Shown here piece by piece: positions 1-9,142 of a DNA stretch of 32,000 nucleotides; positions within the stretch are counted from its first letter, which is position 1; each line of letters opens with the position of its first letter. The translations under genes and the position numbers were made by a program. The notes below the pieces were generated by a model. It made no database searches. It saw only the letters and a list, made by a program, of their open reading frames with translations, and had not been told where the DNA came from. This stretch comes from an archaeon (GTDB lineage: Archaea; Iainarchaeota; Iainarchaeia; Iainarchaeales; 1-14-0-10-31-34). The DNA lies in NCBI GenBank assembly GCA_024277355.1, contig JAJRVL010000004.1:1-32000 (forward strand). The letters are read 5' to 3'.

Positions 1-959
1 AAGAATTAGTTAAAGTCAGTGGATTAAGTAAAGCTTTACCAATGAATTCAGGAGCTGAAGCAGTTGAAACTGCAATTAAAGCAGCAAGAAAATGGGCTTA
101 TGAAATTAAAAAAATAAAAAAAAATAAAGCAAACATTATTGTATGCAAGAATAATTTTCATGGAAGAACTACAACTATTGTTGGTTTTTCTTCTGAAGAA
201 CAATACAAAAACGGTTTTGGTCCTTTTTGTGATGGATTTAAATTAATTGAATTTAATGACATTAAAGCATTAAAAAAAGCAATAAACAAAAATACAGCTG
301 GTTTTTTGATTGAACCAATTCAAGGAGAAGGAGGAATAATTTTTCCTTCAAAAAATTATCTTAAAGAAGTAAAGAAAATTTGTTCTGAAAAAAATGTTTT
401 ATTAATTTTAGATGAAGTTCAGACAGGTTTTGGCAGAACAGGAAAAATGTTTGCTTTCCAGCATGAAAATATTAAACCAGATATTTTAATTGTAGGAAAA
501 GCTTTAGGCGGAGGCGTAATGCCTGTTTCTGCAATGATTTCTTCAAAAGAAGTAATGAATGTATTTAATCCAGGAGACCATGGAAGCACTTTTGGAGGAA
601 ATCCTTTGGCTTGTGCTGTAGGCTTAGAATCAATTAAAGTAATTAAAGAAGAAAATTTATGTGAAAAAAGCAGAATTAACGGAGAATATTTTTTGAATGA
701 ATTAAAGAAACTTAATTTTTCGTTTATTAAAAAAATAAGAGGGCAAGGATTATTTATTGGAATTGAAATAAAAAAAGAGTTTTCTACAGCAAAACCTTTT
801 TGTTTAAAACTTTTAGAAAATGGAATTTTAGCAAAAGAAACACACGACCAAGTCATAAGATTAGCGCCTCCTTTAATTGCGTCAAAAAAAGAACTTGACT
901 GGGCAATAAAAAAAATTAAAAAAACATTTAATTCAATTAATAATAAAGAGGTTTTTTGA
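1..959 (+). CDS. Class III aminotransferase, ornithine/acetylornithine aminotransferase-like (5' partial, runs off window start)
   Basis: The frame is open upstream of the track's ATG (ELVKVSGLSKALPMNSGAEAVETAIKAARKW). PLP-aminotransferase motifs LILDEVQTGFGRTG, PDILIVGKALGGG, and ornithine-aminotransferase-like ETHDQVIRLAPPL. Confidence 0.93.
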   Translation, partial: ELVKVSGLSKALPMNSGAEAVETAIKAARKWAYEIKKIKKNKANIIVCKNNFHGRTTTIVGFSSEEQYKNGFGPFCDGFKLIEFNDIKALKKAINKNTAGFLIEPIQGEGGIIFPSKNYLKEVKKICSEKNVLLILDEVQTGFGRTGKMFAFQHENIKPDILIVGKALGGGVMPVSAMISSKEVMNVFNPGDHGSTFGGNPLACAVGLESIKVIKEENLCEKSRINGEYFLNELKKLNFSFIKKIRGQGLFIGIEIKKEFSTAKPFCLKLLENGILAKETHDQVIRLAPPLIASKKELDWAIKKIKKTFNSINNKEVF

Positions 960-1619
960 TTGAATGAATTTAAATTAATTAGTTTTGATTGTTATGGAAC
1001 TTTAATTGATTGGGAAACAGGAATGAAAAAAGCATTTAAAAATTTACTTGAAAACAAAAAAGTTTCTTTAAATATTTAAAGTTTGCCTGAAAAATATATT
1101 GAAACAGAACTTGAAATTGAACAAAAACAATACAAAAAATATTCAGAAATACTGCAGTTAAGTGTCATTGAATTATTTAAAAAATTTAATGTTAAACTTT
1201 CAGGTAAAGAAGCAGAATCTTTTTCTGATTTAATTTATTTTTGGCCTCCTTTTCCTGAAACAAAAACTGTCTTAAAAAAACTAAAAGAAAAACATAAATT
1301 AGTGATTTTATCAAACATTGATGATAAAATCATAAAAAAATCCATTGAATTAATTAACATAGATTTTGATGGAGTAATAACTGCAGAGCAAATTAAATCT
1401 TATAAGCCTTCTTTTGGGCACTGGAAAAAAATGCTTGAAGTATTTGAAATCCCTAAAAAACAAGTTTTGCATGTAGGTGCCAGTTATATTCATGATGTAG
1501 TTCCTGCAAAAAAATTAGGTTTTACTACTGTATGGATAAACAGAAACAAAGAAAAAATTAAAGGAAAAATAAAACCAGAATTTGAATTCACTGATTTATT
1601 GCCTTTGCTTGATTTTTAA
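960..1619 (+). pseudogene. HAD superfamily hydrolase (haloacid dehalogenase-like), interrupted by in-frame TAA at 1077-1079
   Basis: TTG at 960 directly after the upstream TGA gives [53 protein letters not shown]... Motif I (DCYGTL) is before the stop. Motif II (LSNIDD) and the motif III/IV region (KPSFGHWKKMLE, HVGASYIHDVVPAKKLGF) are after it in the same frame. Confidence 0.8.
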
Positions 1620-1656
1620 ATATAATTAAATTAAGTTTTCTAAAACAGTTTTTTTT

Positions 1657-2316
1657 ATGTTTGATTTTGAATTAGAAAGAAAAAAACTTGTATTTCATTT
1701 AAAAGAAGTGAATGCAATAAAAACAAAAGCAGTTGAAAACGCTTTCTTAAAAGTTAAAAGAGAAGAATTCTTTGAAGAAGAAATGAAATTAAATGCATAT
1801 GAAAATGAAGCTTTTTCAATAGGTTTTAATCAAACGATTTCTCAGCCTTATACTATTGCAGTCATGCTGGAAATGTTAAATGTAAAAGAAGGAATGACTG
1901 TTTTAGATGTAGGAAGCGGTTCAGGTTATACTGCTTGTTTGCTTTCAGAAATAACAGGAAAAAAAGGAAGGGTTACTGCAGTTGAATTAATAAAAGAATT
2001 AAAAGAAAAAGCACAAGCTAATCCTGAAATAAAAAAAAGAAAAAACATTAAATTAATTCAGTTAGATGCAGTAAAAAACGATTTTAAAAAAGAAAAATTT
2101 AACAGAATTTTAATTTCTGCTGCCTGTCCTTTTATTCCAAAAAACTTATTTGATTCCATAAAAGAAAAAGGAACTGCTGTTGCACCAGTAGGCGATAAAT
2201 TTTCTCAGGTAATTCAGTCAGTAACTAAATTTAACGGAAAACCATTAAAAAAAGATTTTTTGGAAGGATTTTTTGTTTTTGTTCCTTTAAGAGGAAGTTT
2301 TAAAACAACAGAATAA
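1657..2316 (+). CDS. pcm: Protein-L-isoaspartate O-methyltransferase
   Basis: NQTISQPYTIAVMLEML and VLDVGSGSGYTACLLSEI motifs, 219 aa. Confidence 0.93.
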   Translation: MFDFELERKKLVFHLKEVNAIKTKAVENAFLKVKREEFFEEEMKLNAYENEAFSIGFNQTISQPYTIAVMLEMLNVKEGMTVLDVGSGSGYTACLLSEITGKKGRVTAVELIKELKEKAQANPEIKKRKNIKLIQLDAVKNDFKKEKFNRILISAACPFIPKNLFDSIKEKGTAVAPVGDKFSQVIQSVTKFNGKPLKKDFLEGFFVFVPLRGSFKTTE

Positions 2317-2330
2317 TTTTTAAATACTAC
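2317..2330 (+). promoter_or_regulatory. Candidate TATA box for the RHH gene (ttttaaatactac)
   Basis: TTTAAATACTAC about 20-28 nt upstream of ATG 2349, consistent with a nearly leaderless archaeal transcript. The same string occurs upstream of tfb. Confidence 0.45.
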
Positions 2331-2348
2331 TATGTATTACTTTGTATT

Positions 2349-2663
2349 ATGGAGAATATTAGTATTAAATTAGATGAAAGAATAGCCAAACAGATTTCTA
2401 AAGCATTAAAGGATTTTAATTATTCAACTAAAACTGAATTCATCAGAGATGCAATCAGAATTAAATTAGCTGAATTAGAAAAAGAAAGAAGAATTGAAAA
2501 GCAATGGGAGAAACTGCTTTCTTATAAAGGGAAATTCAGAGGGCAGGGAAGATTTAAGTCAAGTGAAGAATTTATTAAATGGAGAGAAAATGAAGGAAGC
2601 GAAGAATTAATGAAAGAACTCAGAAAAGAACACGATTTAGATTATAATTCTTCTGGTAAATAA
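2349..2663 (+). CDS. Ribbon-helix-helix (CopG/VapB-like) DNA-binding protein, putative antitoxin
   Basis: N-terminal MENISIKLDERIAKQISKALKDFNYSTKTEFIRDAIRIKL is RHH-like. Confidence 0.7.
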   Translation: MENISIKLDERIAKQISKALKDFNYSTKTEFIRDAIRIKLAELEKERRIEKQWEKLLSYKGKFRGQGRFKSSEEFIKWRENEGSEELMKELRKEHDLDYNSSGK

Positions 2664-3055
2664 CTTTCAATAATTTCAATTTCATTGAAATGCCTGTCTC
2701 TGCTTACAAGAATTGCATTTTCATCTCTTGCAATAATTGAATGTAAAATGTCAGCTGAAGGAAATTCTTTATTATTTTTTTCCCATAACTTATCAGCTTC
2801 ATTAAATTGTTTTTCTGAATGTTTCAGTTTAATAATTAAATCTGAAAAATCTGAAAGCATATTCTGGATTTTTTCTTCTGATACCTGCCTTTTAAGTTCT
2901 TTTATTACAATATCTGAAACAATTATTCTTGCTTTTTCTTTCCTGCATTTTTTTAAAAACTGAAAGGCAAATTCTCCTAAAGGCTTTAAAATGTCTTTTC
3001 TGTCTTCTAAATAATCAATCCATATTGAAGTATCTAAATAAAATTTCTTTTCCAT
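2642..3055 (-). CDS. PIN-domain protein, putative VapC-like toxin nuclease
   Basis: KKFYLDTSIWIDYLEDR, IVSDIVIKEL, SADILHSIIARDENAILVSRDRHF match the acidic-residue pattern of PIN domains. Confidence 0.8.
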   Translation of the reverse strand: MEKKFYLDTSIWIDYLEDRKDILKPLGEFAFQFLKKCRKEKARIIVSDIVIKELKRQVSEEKIQNMLSDFSDLIIKLKHSEKQFNEADKLWEKNNKEFPSADILHSIIARDENAILVSRDRHFNEIEIIESYLPEEL

Positions 3056-3118
3056 TCAAAAACTGAAAAAGAATGCTTTTAATTTTATTTTTGTACGTGA
3101 ATCAACGAAAAAGAAAAA

Positions 3119-4429
3119 TCATTTTAGGATTTTATTAATTTCTTTTTCTATTTCTCCTGAATTGATTTCTTCTAAATCATATTTAACGCGAATTATTTTT
3201 TTGTTTGTTTTAATTATTTTACTTAAATCAATTGGAGTTCCGCTTAAAACTAAATCACATTCAATTTTATTTATTGTTTCTTCTAAGTCTTTGATTTGTT
3301 TTTTTCCATAACCCATTGCAGGCAGAATTTTATTTAAATGCGGGTATTTTTCAAATGTTTCCTGAATAGATTTAACTGCAAAAGGTTTTGGGTCAATTAT
3401 TTTTGCTTTTTTTTCTTTTGCAATAACTGTTGCTGCACCAGTATTCATTCCTCCGTGAGTTACAGTTGGACCGTCTTCAATAACTAAAACTTTTTTTCCA
3501 GTTAAATTAATTTCTTTTTCTAAAATTAATTTTGAATTGCATTCAATTACTTTTGCTTTTGGATTCCATTGCTTAATGTTTTCTTTTAATTTTTCTACTT
3601 CATTTTTTTCTGCTGTATTAACTTTATTTATAATTATAACATCAGCCATCAGAAAGTTTGCCATGCCTGGATGAAAAGTTAATTCATGTCCTGTTCTAAA
3701 TGGATCAACTATAACAAACAATAAATCTGTTTTATAAAAACTAAATTCATTGTTCCCCCCGTCCCATAAAATTATTTCAGATTCTTTTTCTGCTTCATTT
3801 AATATTGCTTTATAATCTACTCCTGCAAATAAAACATTTCCTTTTTCTATATGAGGTTCAAATTCTTCCATTTCTTCTATAGTGCATTTATGTTTTTCTA
3901 AATCAGAGTATTCAGAAAAACGCATTACTTTTTGTTCAACTAAATTTCCATAAGGCATTGGTTCTCTTATTACAACAAATTTTTTTTCTTTTTTCTTTAA
4001 GATTTCTGCAATAAATCTTGTTGTCTGGCTTTTGCCGCAGCCGGTTCTTACTGCATTAACTGCTATTACTGGTTTAGATGATTTTAACTGCATGGCTTTT
4101 GGTCCAAGCAACTGAAATGAAGCGCCTGTACTTAAAACCAAAGAAGCTTTTTTCATGACATAATCAAAAGCTAAATCAGAATAAGACAAAAACACTACAT
4201 CAATGTTTTTTTCTTTAATTAATTCAACTAAATTTTTTTCGTCTTTAATTGGGATTCCGTTTGGATAAAGTTTTCCTGTTAATTCAAAAGGATAAATTCT
4301 GTTTTCTATTCCTGGAATTTGTGTTGCAGTAAAACATTCAATTTCGTATTCTTCATTGTCTCTGAAATAAGAGTTAAAGTCATGGAAGTCTCTTCCGGCA
4401 GCTCCCATTATTATTGCTTTTTTTTTCAT
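3119..4429 (-). CDS. Predicted GTPase related to cyclic 2,3-diphosphoglycerate synthetase (COG2403-like)
   Basis: 436 aa, N-term KKAIIMGAAGRDFHDFNSYFRDN, P-loop-like AVRTGCGKSQTTRF, EHGN-type and NKVN motifs. Confidence 0.75.
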   Translation of the reverse strand: MKKKAIIMGAAGRDFHDFNSYFRDNEEYEIECFTATQIPGIENRIYPFELTGKLYPNGIPIKDEKNLVELIKEKNIDVVFLSYSDLAFDYVMKKASLVLSTGASFQLLGPKAMQLKSSKPVIAVNAVRTGCGKSQTTRFIAEILKKKEKKFVVIREPMPYGNLVEQKVMRFSEYSDLEKHKCTIEEMEEFEPHIEKGNVLFAGVDYKAILNEAEKESEIILWDGGNNEFSFYKTDLLFVIVDPFRTGHELTFHPGMANFLMADVIIINKVNTAEKNEVEKLKENIKQWNPKAKVIECNSKLILEKEINLTGKKVLVIEDGPTVTHGGMNTGAATVIAKEKKAKIIDPKPFAVKSIQETFEKYPHLNKILPAMGYGKKQIKDLEETINKIECDLVLSGTPIDLSKIIKTNKKIIRVKYDLEEINSGEIEKEINKILK

Positions 4430-4464
4430 TTGATTTCCTCCTTGAATTATTAGTTTTTTTTAGT

Positions 4465-5076
4465 TTAGTTTTCCCAGACTTCTTTTTTGTTTTTTATTTT
4501 TAATTCTTTCATCATATCATTTCTTGCTTTTTTTAATTTAGTTGTTAAAAAATAAGGTTTAATAAAAAATAATATTACTGCTAAAATTAAATCCAGAAAA
4601 ATAATGAAAACAAAAAAAGTAAAATTCATTAAAACAAGTATTCCTAATAAAATTGCCCTTAAAACTAAAAGTATTTTTGCAGGAACATAAGCCCAGAATT
4701 TCATTTTATATAAACCAAAACCTAAACTAAAAGAAATTAAAGTAAATAAAAGCAATGCACTAAAAGCAATAAATTCATTTGATGAAAGAGAATAAACATC
4801 ATATGAAACTGAAATAAAAAAATAAAATAATTCAATTAATGCACTTAAAACAAAAAGCATTCCTGTTACTTTAATTATTAAATGATTATTTTCTTCTTCT
4901 TGTTTGTATTGTTTTGTTTTTTTCATGGTTTTTAGTTCTTCTAATCTTGCGTCTTCTAATAAACTTAAAGGATAACCTGATAACTCTAAAAATTTAGTTA
5001 ATTCTTCATCTGTTGTTCCTTGTTTTCTTTTCTGAATTATTTTCTTTTTTATTTCTTCATATTCGTATTTTTCCAT
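4465..5076 (-). CDS. Hypothetical membrane protein, several TM helices, cytoplasmic N-terminus
   Basis: 203 aa, four or so hydrophobic segments, charged N- and C-terminal tails. Its start lies 2 nt from the upstream gene's stop (likely operon). Confidence 0.6.
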   Translation of the reverse strand: MEKYEYEEIKKKIIQKRKQGTTDEELTKFLELSGYPLSLLEDARLEELKTMKKTKQYKQEEENNHLIIKVTGMLFVLSALIELFYFFISVSYDVYSLSSNEFIAFSALLLFTLISFSLGFGLYKMKFWAYVPAKILLVLRAILLGILVLMNFTFFVFIIFLDLILAVILFFIKPYFLTTKLKKARNDMMKELKIKNKKEVWEN

Positions 5077-5078
5077 TT

Positions 5079-5993
5079 TTATTCTCTCTTTACAATGAAA
5101 ATTATTTCGTTTTCAAATTCAATTTTTGCACTTAAATAAAGTGCGTTTTCTTTAATAAATTTATTTATTGCTGCAGTTTCACGAAAAGAAATTTTTTCTT
5201 TTTTTGTCATTGATTCTCTTGAAGCACTTAATACAATCCATTCAGCAGGAATAACATCAATTAAGTTTTGTGTTACTCCTTTTTTTTCTCTTTCCATTAC
5301 TGGAATTAACTTAAACAAAAAAGCTACATCAAATGTTTTTTCGTTATTTAAGTAAAGTAATTCATTTCTTGAATCAAAATCAGTTTCTTTTAAATCAAAT
5401 AAAACTCCTTTTCCTTTTATTTCAGAATAGTTTTTAATTAACTCAAAATAATCATTTATTTCTTTAACAAATTCTTTTTTGTGTTCTGTTCCGACATAAA
5501 ATAACTTTTTTGTTTTCATAAAAGGAACTGAAAAATAATTAAAACCACAGGAAACATCTAAAACTGTTTTTGGAATTCCTGTAACAGCAAAAATTTTTTC
5601 ATAAAATTTTTCATATGAATTAATTCTTTCTTTAGAAGAAATATGCATTGAAAGCAATTCTTTATGCAGTAAAACTGTTTTTTCTAGTTTTTTTTCTTTT
5701 TCTAAAGCATTTTTTAATTCAATTAATTTTTCTTTTACTTTTTCTTCTGGTTCATGTTTATACTGCCTTAAAAAATAATAAATTGTTTTTTTGGTTTTTT
5801 TCATTAATTTTTTGTATTCATGCCATTTCTCAAAATTCCTTTTTTCAGAAAACTCTAATACATTTTTCATGAACTTCTTGTTTTTCACTGCTTCATCTAA
5901 AAAAATTTGTTCGGCTTGTTCAGCTGAAATTTTATATCTTGCAACTATTTTTTCAACTGCTTTTTTTATTATTTTTTTTGGAATTAAATTCAT
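5079..5993 (-). CDS. FmrO/ArmA-family-like 16S rRNA methyltransferase homologue
   Basis: LLSMHISSKERINSYEKFYEKIF, TVLDVSCGFNYFSVPFM, FDVAFLFKLIPVMEREK align by eye with the ArmA pattern LLKIHSSTNERV..FY..VF, SILDFGCGFNPLALPWM, YDVVFLLKMLPVL. Confidence 0.7.
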   Translation of the reverse strand: MNLIPKKIIKKAVEKIVARYKISAEQAEQIFLDEAVKNKKFMKNVLEFSEKRNFEKWHEYKKLMKKTKKTIYYFLRQYKHEPEEKVKEKLIELKNALEKEKKLEKTVLLHKELLSMHISSKERINSYEKFYEKIFAVTGIPKTVLDVSCGFNYFSVPFMKTKKLFYVGTEHKKEFVKEINDYFELIKNYSEIKGKGVLFDLKETDFDSRNELLYLNNEKTFDVAFLFKLIPVMEREKKGVTQNLIDVIPAEWIVLSASRESMTKKEKISFRETAAINKFIKENALYLSAKIEFENEIIFIVKRE

Positions 5994-6043
5994 GTTATCA
6001 AATAAAAATTTAGAATGGTTGTTTCTTAAAATTTATGTTTTAA

Positions 6044-6307
6044 TTAAAAAAAGCTTTTATACCATTTTTCGTATTCTTTGTGGTTTCCTATAAAATAGAA
6101 TCTTACTTCTTTTTGTTGTTCAAATATTCGGTAGATAATTCTGCTTTGGCCTATTTCGTCCACAAAATAATTCGCGCTTTTTTTTAAATGCCTTTTTTGT
6201 GGAAATTCAATAATTTTTTTAATTTTTTTAGCAGTTCTTTCTTTTATTAAGTTGTCGAGTTTATTGAAATATTTTGACCAGTCTTCATCAAAAACAAGTT
6301 TATACAT
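6044..6307 (-). CDS. RelE/ParE-like toxin candidate
   Basis: 87 aa: YKLVFDEDWSKYFNKLD..IKERTAKKIKKI...RIIYRIFEQQKEVRFYFIGNHKEYEKWYK. Directly downstream (5 nt) of an RHH antitoxin-like ORF. Confidence 0.65.
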   Translation of the reverse strand: MYKLVFDEDWSKYFNKLDNLIKERTAKKIKKIIEFPQKRHLKKSANYFVDEIGQSRIIYRIFEQQKEVRFYFIGNHKEYEKWYKSFF

Positions 6308-6312
6308 ATTGA

Positions 6313-6555
6313 TTACTTTAAATGTTCTGAGTATTTTCCTAATGCCTGTTTTGCATTAAGAAGCTTTCTTTTGCCATCTCTTATTTGTTTATCTATTCTG
6401 TCTATTTTTTGATTTACAAGTTCATTTTCGTTAAAATATTCTTTTCCAAAATTTATTACTGCTAATCTTACAGCTTCAGATTGAGTGTTTGCATAGCCTT
6501 CTTCAACCATTTCTTCTAATATTTCTTTTGTTTTTCCTTTAAAAATTACATTCAT
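6313..6555 (-). CDS. RHH-like antitoxin candidate
   Basis: 80 aa with NVIFKGKTKEILEEMVEEGYANTQSEAVRLAVINFGKEY, immediately upstream of the toxin-like ORF. Confidence 0.65.
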   Translation of the reverse strand: MNVIFKGKTKEILEEMVEEGYANTQSEAVRLAVINFGKEYFNENELVNQKIDRIDKQIRDGKRKLLNAKQALGKYSEHLK

Positions 6556-6639
6556 TAAATTACCTGTTACAATAATATATGTATTATATTTGATTTAAAT
6601 ATGTTCCTATTTGATACATTAATTATGGTTAATTTTTCA

Positions 6640-7665
6640 TTAAAACCATTGATTCAAAGAACTTTGCTGTCCTTTTTCTTCTGTTTTTTTCTCTAATTTT
6701 TTTAATGTATTTTCAACTCTTTCCCTGCTGAACTGGTGTTTTTCACATAATAATTCAAGTACTTTTTCTTTATTTGGAGGATTAAATTCAATTTTAAAGT
6801 CATCTTCATAGAGTGGTTTTAAAAAAATTTTTTCTATTTCTTTAAAATCAAAGTCAATTTTATGTTTTGTTTCTTTTATTATATCTTCAAAAGAATCATT
6901 TTGTTTAACTAATTTTAATGCAGTTTTTGGGCCAATTTTAGGAAACTTTTCATTAAAATCATTTCCAATTAAAATTGCAATCCAAACTAATTTTTTTCTG
7001 TCAATTTCATTTTTTTCTAATGCTTTATTTAATTCAATTTTTTCCGGAAAAACATCAAAATAAATATTTCTTCCGGGAACTTTTCTTTTTCCGCCAATAG
7101 TAATATTTCTAAGTAAAACAGGCGTTCCAAATAATAATGAATCAAAATCCTGGCTTACACAACCATTTAATTTTCCTTTTTCTGTCATTAAAGAAATTTG
7201 TGCTTCGCCGTCTGATTTAGCCTGAATAGCAGTTAAACCCATAAATTCAACTAATTGTTTTGCTTCTTCAACCATTTCTTTAGTTAATCTTGAAGATTGC
7301 TGAGCGAACTTTTTTGCTGTTTCTAAATCTCCTTTTTCTCTGGCTTCAAGCATTTTTTTTTCTGCTGCAGTTCTGATTGCCCTTCGTTTTTCTCTTGTTT
7401 TTTGTTTTAATGCATGAGCTTTTCCATCAAAAACAAATACAGGTTTTATATCTCTGTTTAACAAGTTAGTTGTCCTATAAAATAATCCTGTTAAATGAGA
7501 AGTTATGTTTCCTTCTGCATTCATTAAAGGGCTTCCATCAGGTCCTCTAATATTTGAAAGAAACTGATAAAGTATGTTAAAAGAGTCAATTCCTAAAATT
7601 TGTCCTTTAAGTGAATCTAAATCAATTATTTCTTTTTCAATTAAGTCTCCTAAAGCAGTACCCAT
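6640..7665 (-). CDS. fen: Flap endonuclease 1
   Basis: 341 aa, GIDSFNILYQFLSNIR, PVFVFDG, DGEAQ, SQDFDSLLFG, IGNDFNEKFPKIGPKTALKL, C-terminal PCNA-binding box QSSLNQWF. Confidence 0.97.
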   Translation of the reverse strand: MGTALGDLIEKEIIDLDSLKGQILGIDSFNILYQFLSNIRGPDGSPLMNAEGNITSHLTGLFYRTTNLLNRDIKPVFVFDGKAHALKQKTREKRRAIRTAAEKKMLEAREKGDLETAKKFAQQSSRLTKEMVEEAKQLVEFMGLTAIQAKSDGEAQISLMTEKGKLNGCVSQDFDSLLFGTPVLLRNITIGGKRKVPGRNIYFDVFPEKIELNKALEKNEIDRKKLVWIAILIGNDFNEKFPKIGPKTALKLVKQNDSFEDIIKETKHKIDFDFKEIEKIFLKPLYEDDFKIEFNPPNKEKVLELLCEKHQFSRERVENTLKKLEKKTEEKGQQSSLNQWF

Positions 7666-7817
7666 ATTTAATCAATAAGAAAACAGAACAAAACAAATTT
7701 TAATATTTCTTATTATAAGACTATTAATTAAAAAACTCCAAAAACAGCTTAATTTACATAAATTTGCTGTTATTAGGCTAAACTAACTTTCTTTTTAAAG
7801 GAATCCTGAACCAAAAC

Positions 7818-7830
7818 ATTTAAATACTAC
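7818..7830 (+). promoter_or_regulatory. Candidate TATA/BRE for tfb (attTAAATACTAC)
   Basis: AAACATTTAAATACTAC, the same core as at 2317-2330. It lies about 125 nt upstream of the tfb ATG. Confidence 0.45.
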
Positions 7831-7954
7831 TTAACGACATATTTATTATAGTGTATACTAATTTATTCACATTTTACTTCAGTACATCAAAACGTATTGT
7901 AGCGAATTTATTTCGTGTAATAAATTATTTTTATTTTAAAGAAGGTGAGTTTTA

Positions 7955-8857
7955 ATGGCTGAATGCCCTGAATGTAAAAGCAAAAATATAAGAAGAGAGT
8001 CTGAAAAAGGAGAATTAATCTGCAAAGACTGCGGGTTAGTATTAGAAGAAGATGAAATTGACCAAGGAAAAGAATGGAGAAGTTTTGATTCTGATCAATT
8101 TGAAGAAAGAGCAAGAACCGGAAGTCCAATGAAATATGTTAAACTAAACAAAGGTTTAGTTACAATGATTGACAGAAGAGGAACTGATTTAAGAGGAAAC
8201 AAACTTTCATCTAAATCAAGAGCTCAAATGTATAGGTTAATTAAATGGCATAAAAGAGCTTCAATTTCAAGTTCAATGCAGAGAAATTTATCTATTGCTT
8301 TAACTGAATTAAGGAGAGTTGCATCTTATTTGAATATTCCTGATTCATTGGTTGAAGCAGCAGCATTATTATACAGAAAAACAGTCAAAAAAGGATTAAT
8401 CAGAGGAAGATTAATTGAAGCAGTTGTAGCAGCAGTTCTTTATACAGTCTGCAGAACATATCATGTTCCAAGAACATTAAATGAAATGGCTGAAGCTTCA
8501 GGATTAACCAAAAAAGAAATCGGAAGAACTTATAGGTTTTTAGTCAGAGAATTAAAACTTGAAGTACCTTTAACTAATCCAATTCATTATATTCCAAGAT
8601 TTGCATCTGAATTAAACTTGTCAGGTGAAGTACAAGAAGAAGGAAGAAAAATCTTAGAAGAAGCAATAGGAAACGGATTAATTTCAGGAAGAGGTCCGAC
8701 AGGAGTTGCAGCAGCAGCAGTATATATTGCAGGTTTATTAAAGGGAGAAAGAAGAACCCAGAAAGAAGTTGCAAATGTTGCTGGAGTAACTGAAGTTACA
8801 ATCAGAAACAGATATAGAGAATTAAAAAAGAGGTTGCATATTGAAGTGGTTGCTTAA
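7955..8857 (+). CDS. tfb: Transcription initiation factor B
   Basis: Zn ribbon CPECKSKNI...LICKDCGLVLEEDEID, two cyclin folds (SSSMQRNLSIALTELRR, GVAAAAVYIAGLL), terminal HTH (VANVAGVTEVTIRNRYREL). GGTG Shine-Dalgarno upstream. Confidence 0.98.
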   Translation: MAECPECKSKNIRRESEKGELICKDCGLVLEEDEIDQGKEWRSFDSDQFEERARTGSPMKYVKLNKGLVTMIDRRGTDLRGNKLSSKSRAQMYRLIKWHKRASISSSMQRNLSIALTELRRVASYLNIPDSLVEAAALLYRKTVKKGLIRGRLIEAVVAAVLYTVCRTYHVPRTLNEMAEASGLTKKEIGRTYRFLVRELKLEVPLTNPIHYIPRFASELNLSGEVQEEGRKILEEAIGNGLISGRGPTGVAAAAVYIAGLLKGERRTQKEVANVAGVTEVTIRNRYRELKKRLHIEVVA

Positions 8858-8932
8858 ACCACTTTTAATCTTTTTTTTGCAGCTAGGTTATGTATACTTA
8901 TAAATTCTTTTAACCAAAAACGGAGGGATTAA

Positions 8933-9115
8933 ATGCCAATACAAAAAATAAATGCTTTATTCAATGAAATTAAAAGCAATTTAGGTTTTTCACAGACAAA
9001 ATTAAAAGTCAGAAAAGCTAAAACTGTTAAAGTTTCAAAAAAAATTAAAGCAAAAAAAACAAGAACTACAAAAGCTAAAACAAGAACAAAAAGAAAATCA
9101 GTCAGAAAAAAATAA
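8933..9115 (+). CDS. Small Lys/Arg/Thr-rich basic protein
   Basis: 60 aa: MPIQKINALFNEIKSNLGFSQTKLKVRKAKTVKVSKKIKAKKTRTTKAKTRTKRKSVRKK, with GGAGG upstream. Confidence 0.6.
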   Translation: MPIQKINALFNEIKSNLGFSQTKLKVRKAKTVKVSKKIKAKKTRTTKAKTRTKRKSVRKK

Positions 9116-9142
9116 TTTTGATTTTCTTTTATTTTTTCTTTT

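Noticed and set aside
419-856. Minus-strand 145-aa ORF opposite the aminotransferase
   Set aside because: Fully antisense to a strongly conserved enzyme.
960-1619. Pyrrolysine or selenocysteine recoding
   Set aside because: Both interrupting codons are TAA. Pyl uses TAG and Sec uses TGA.
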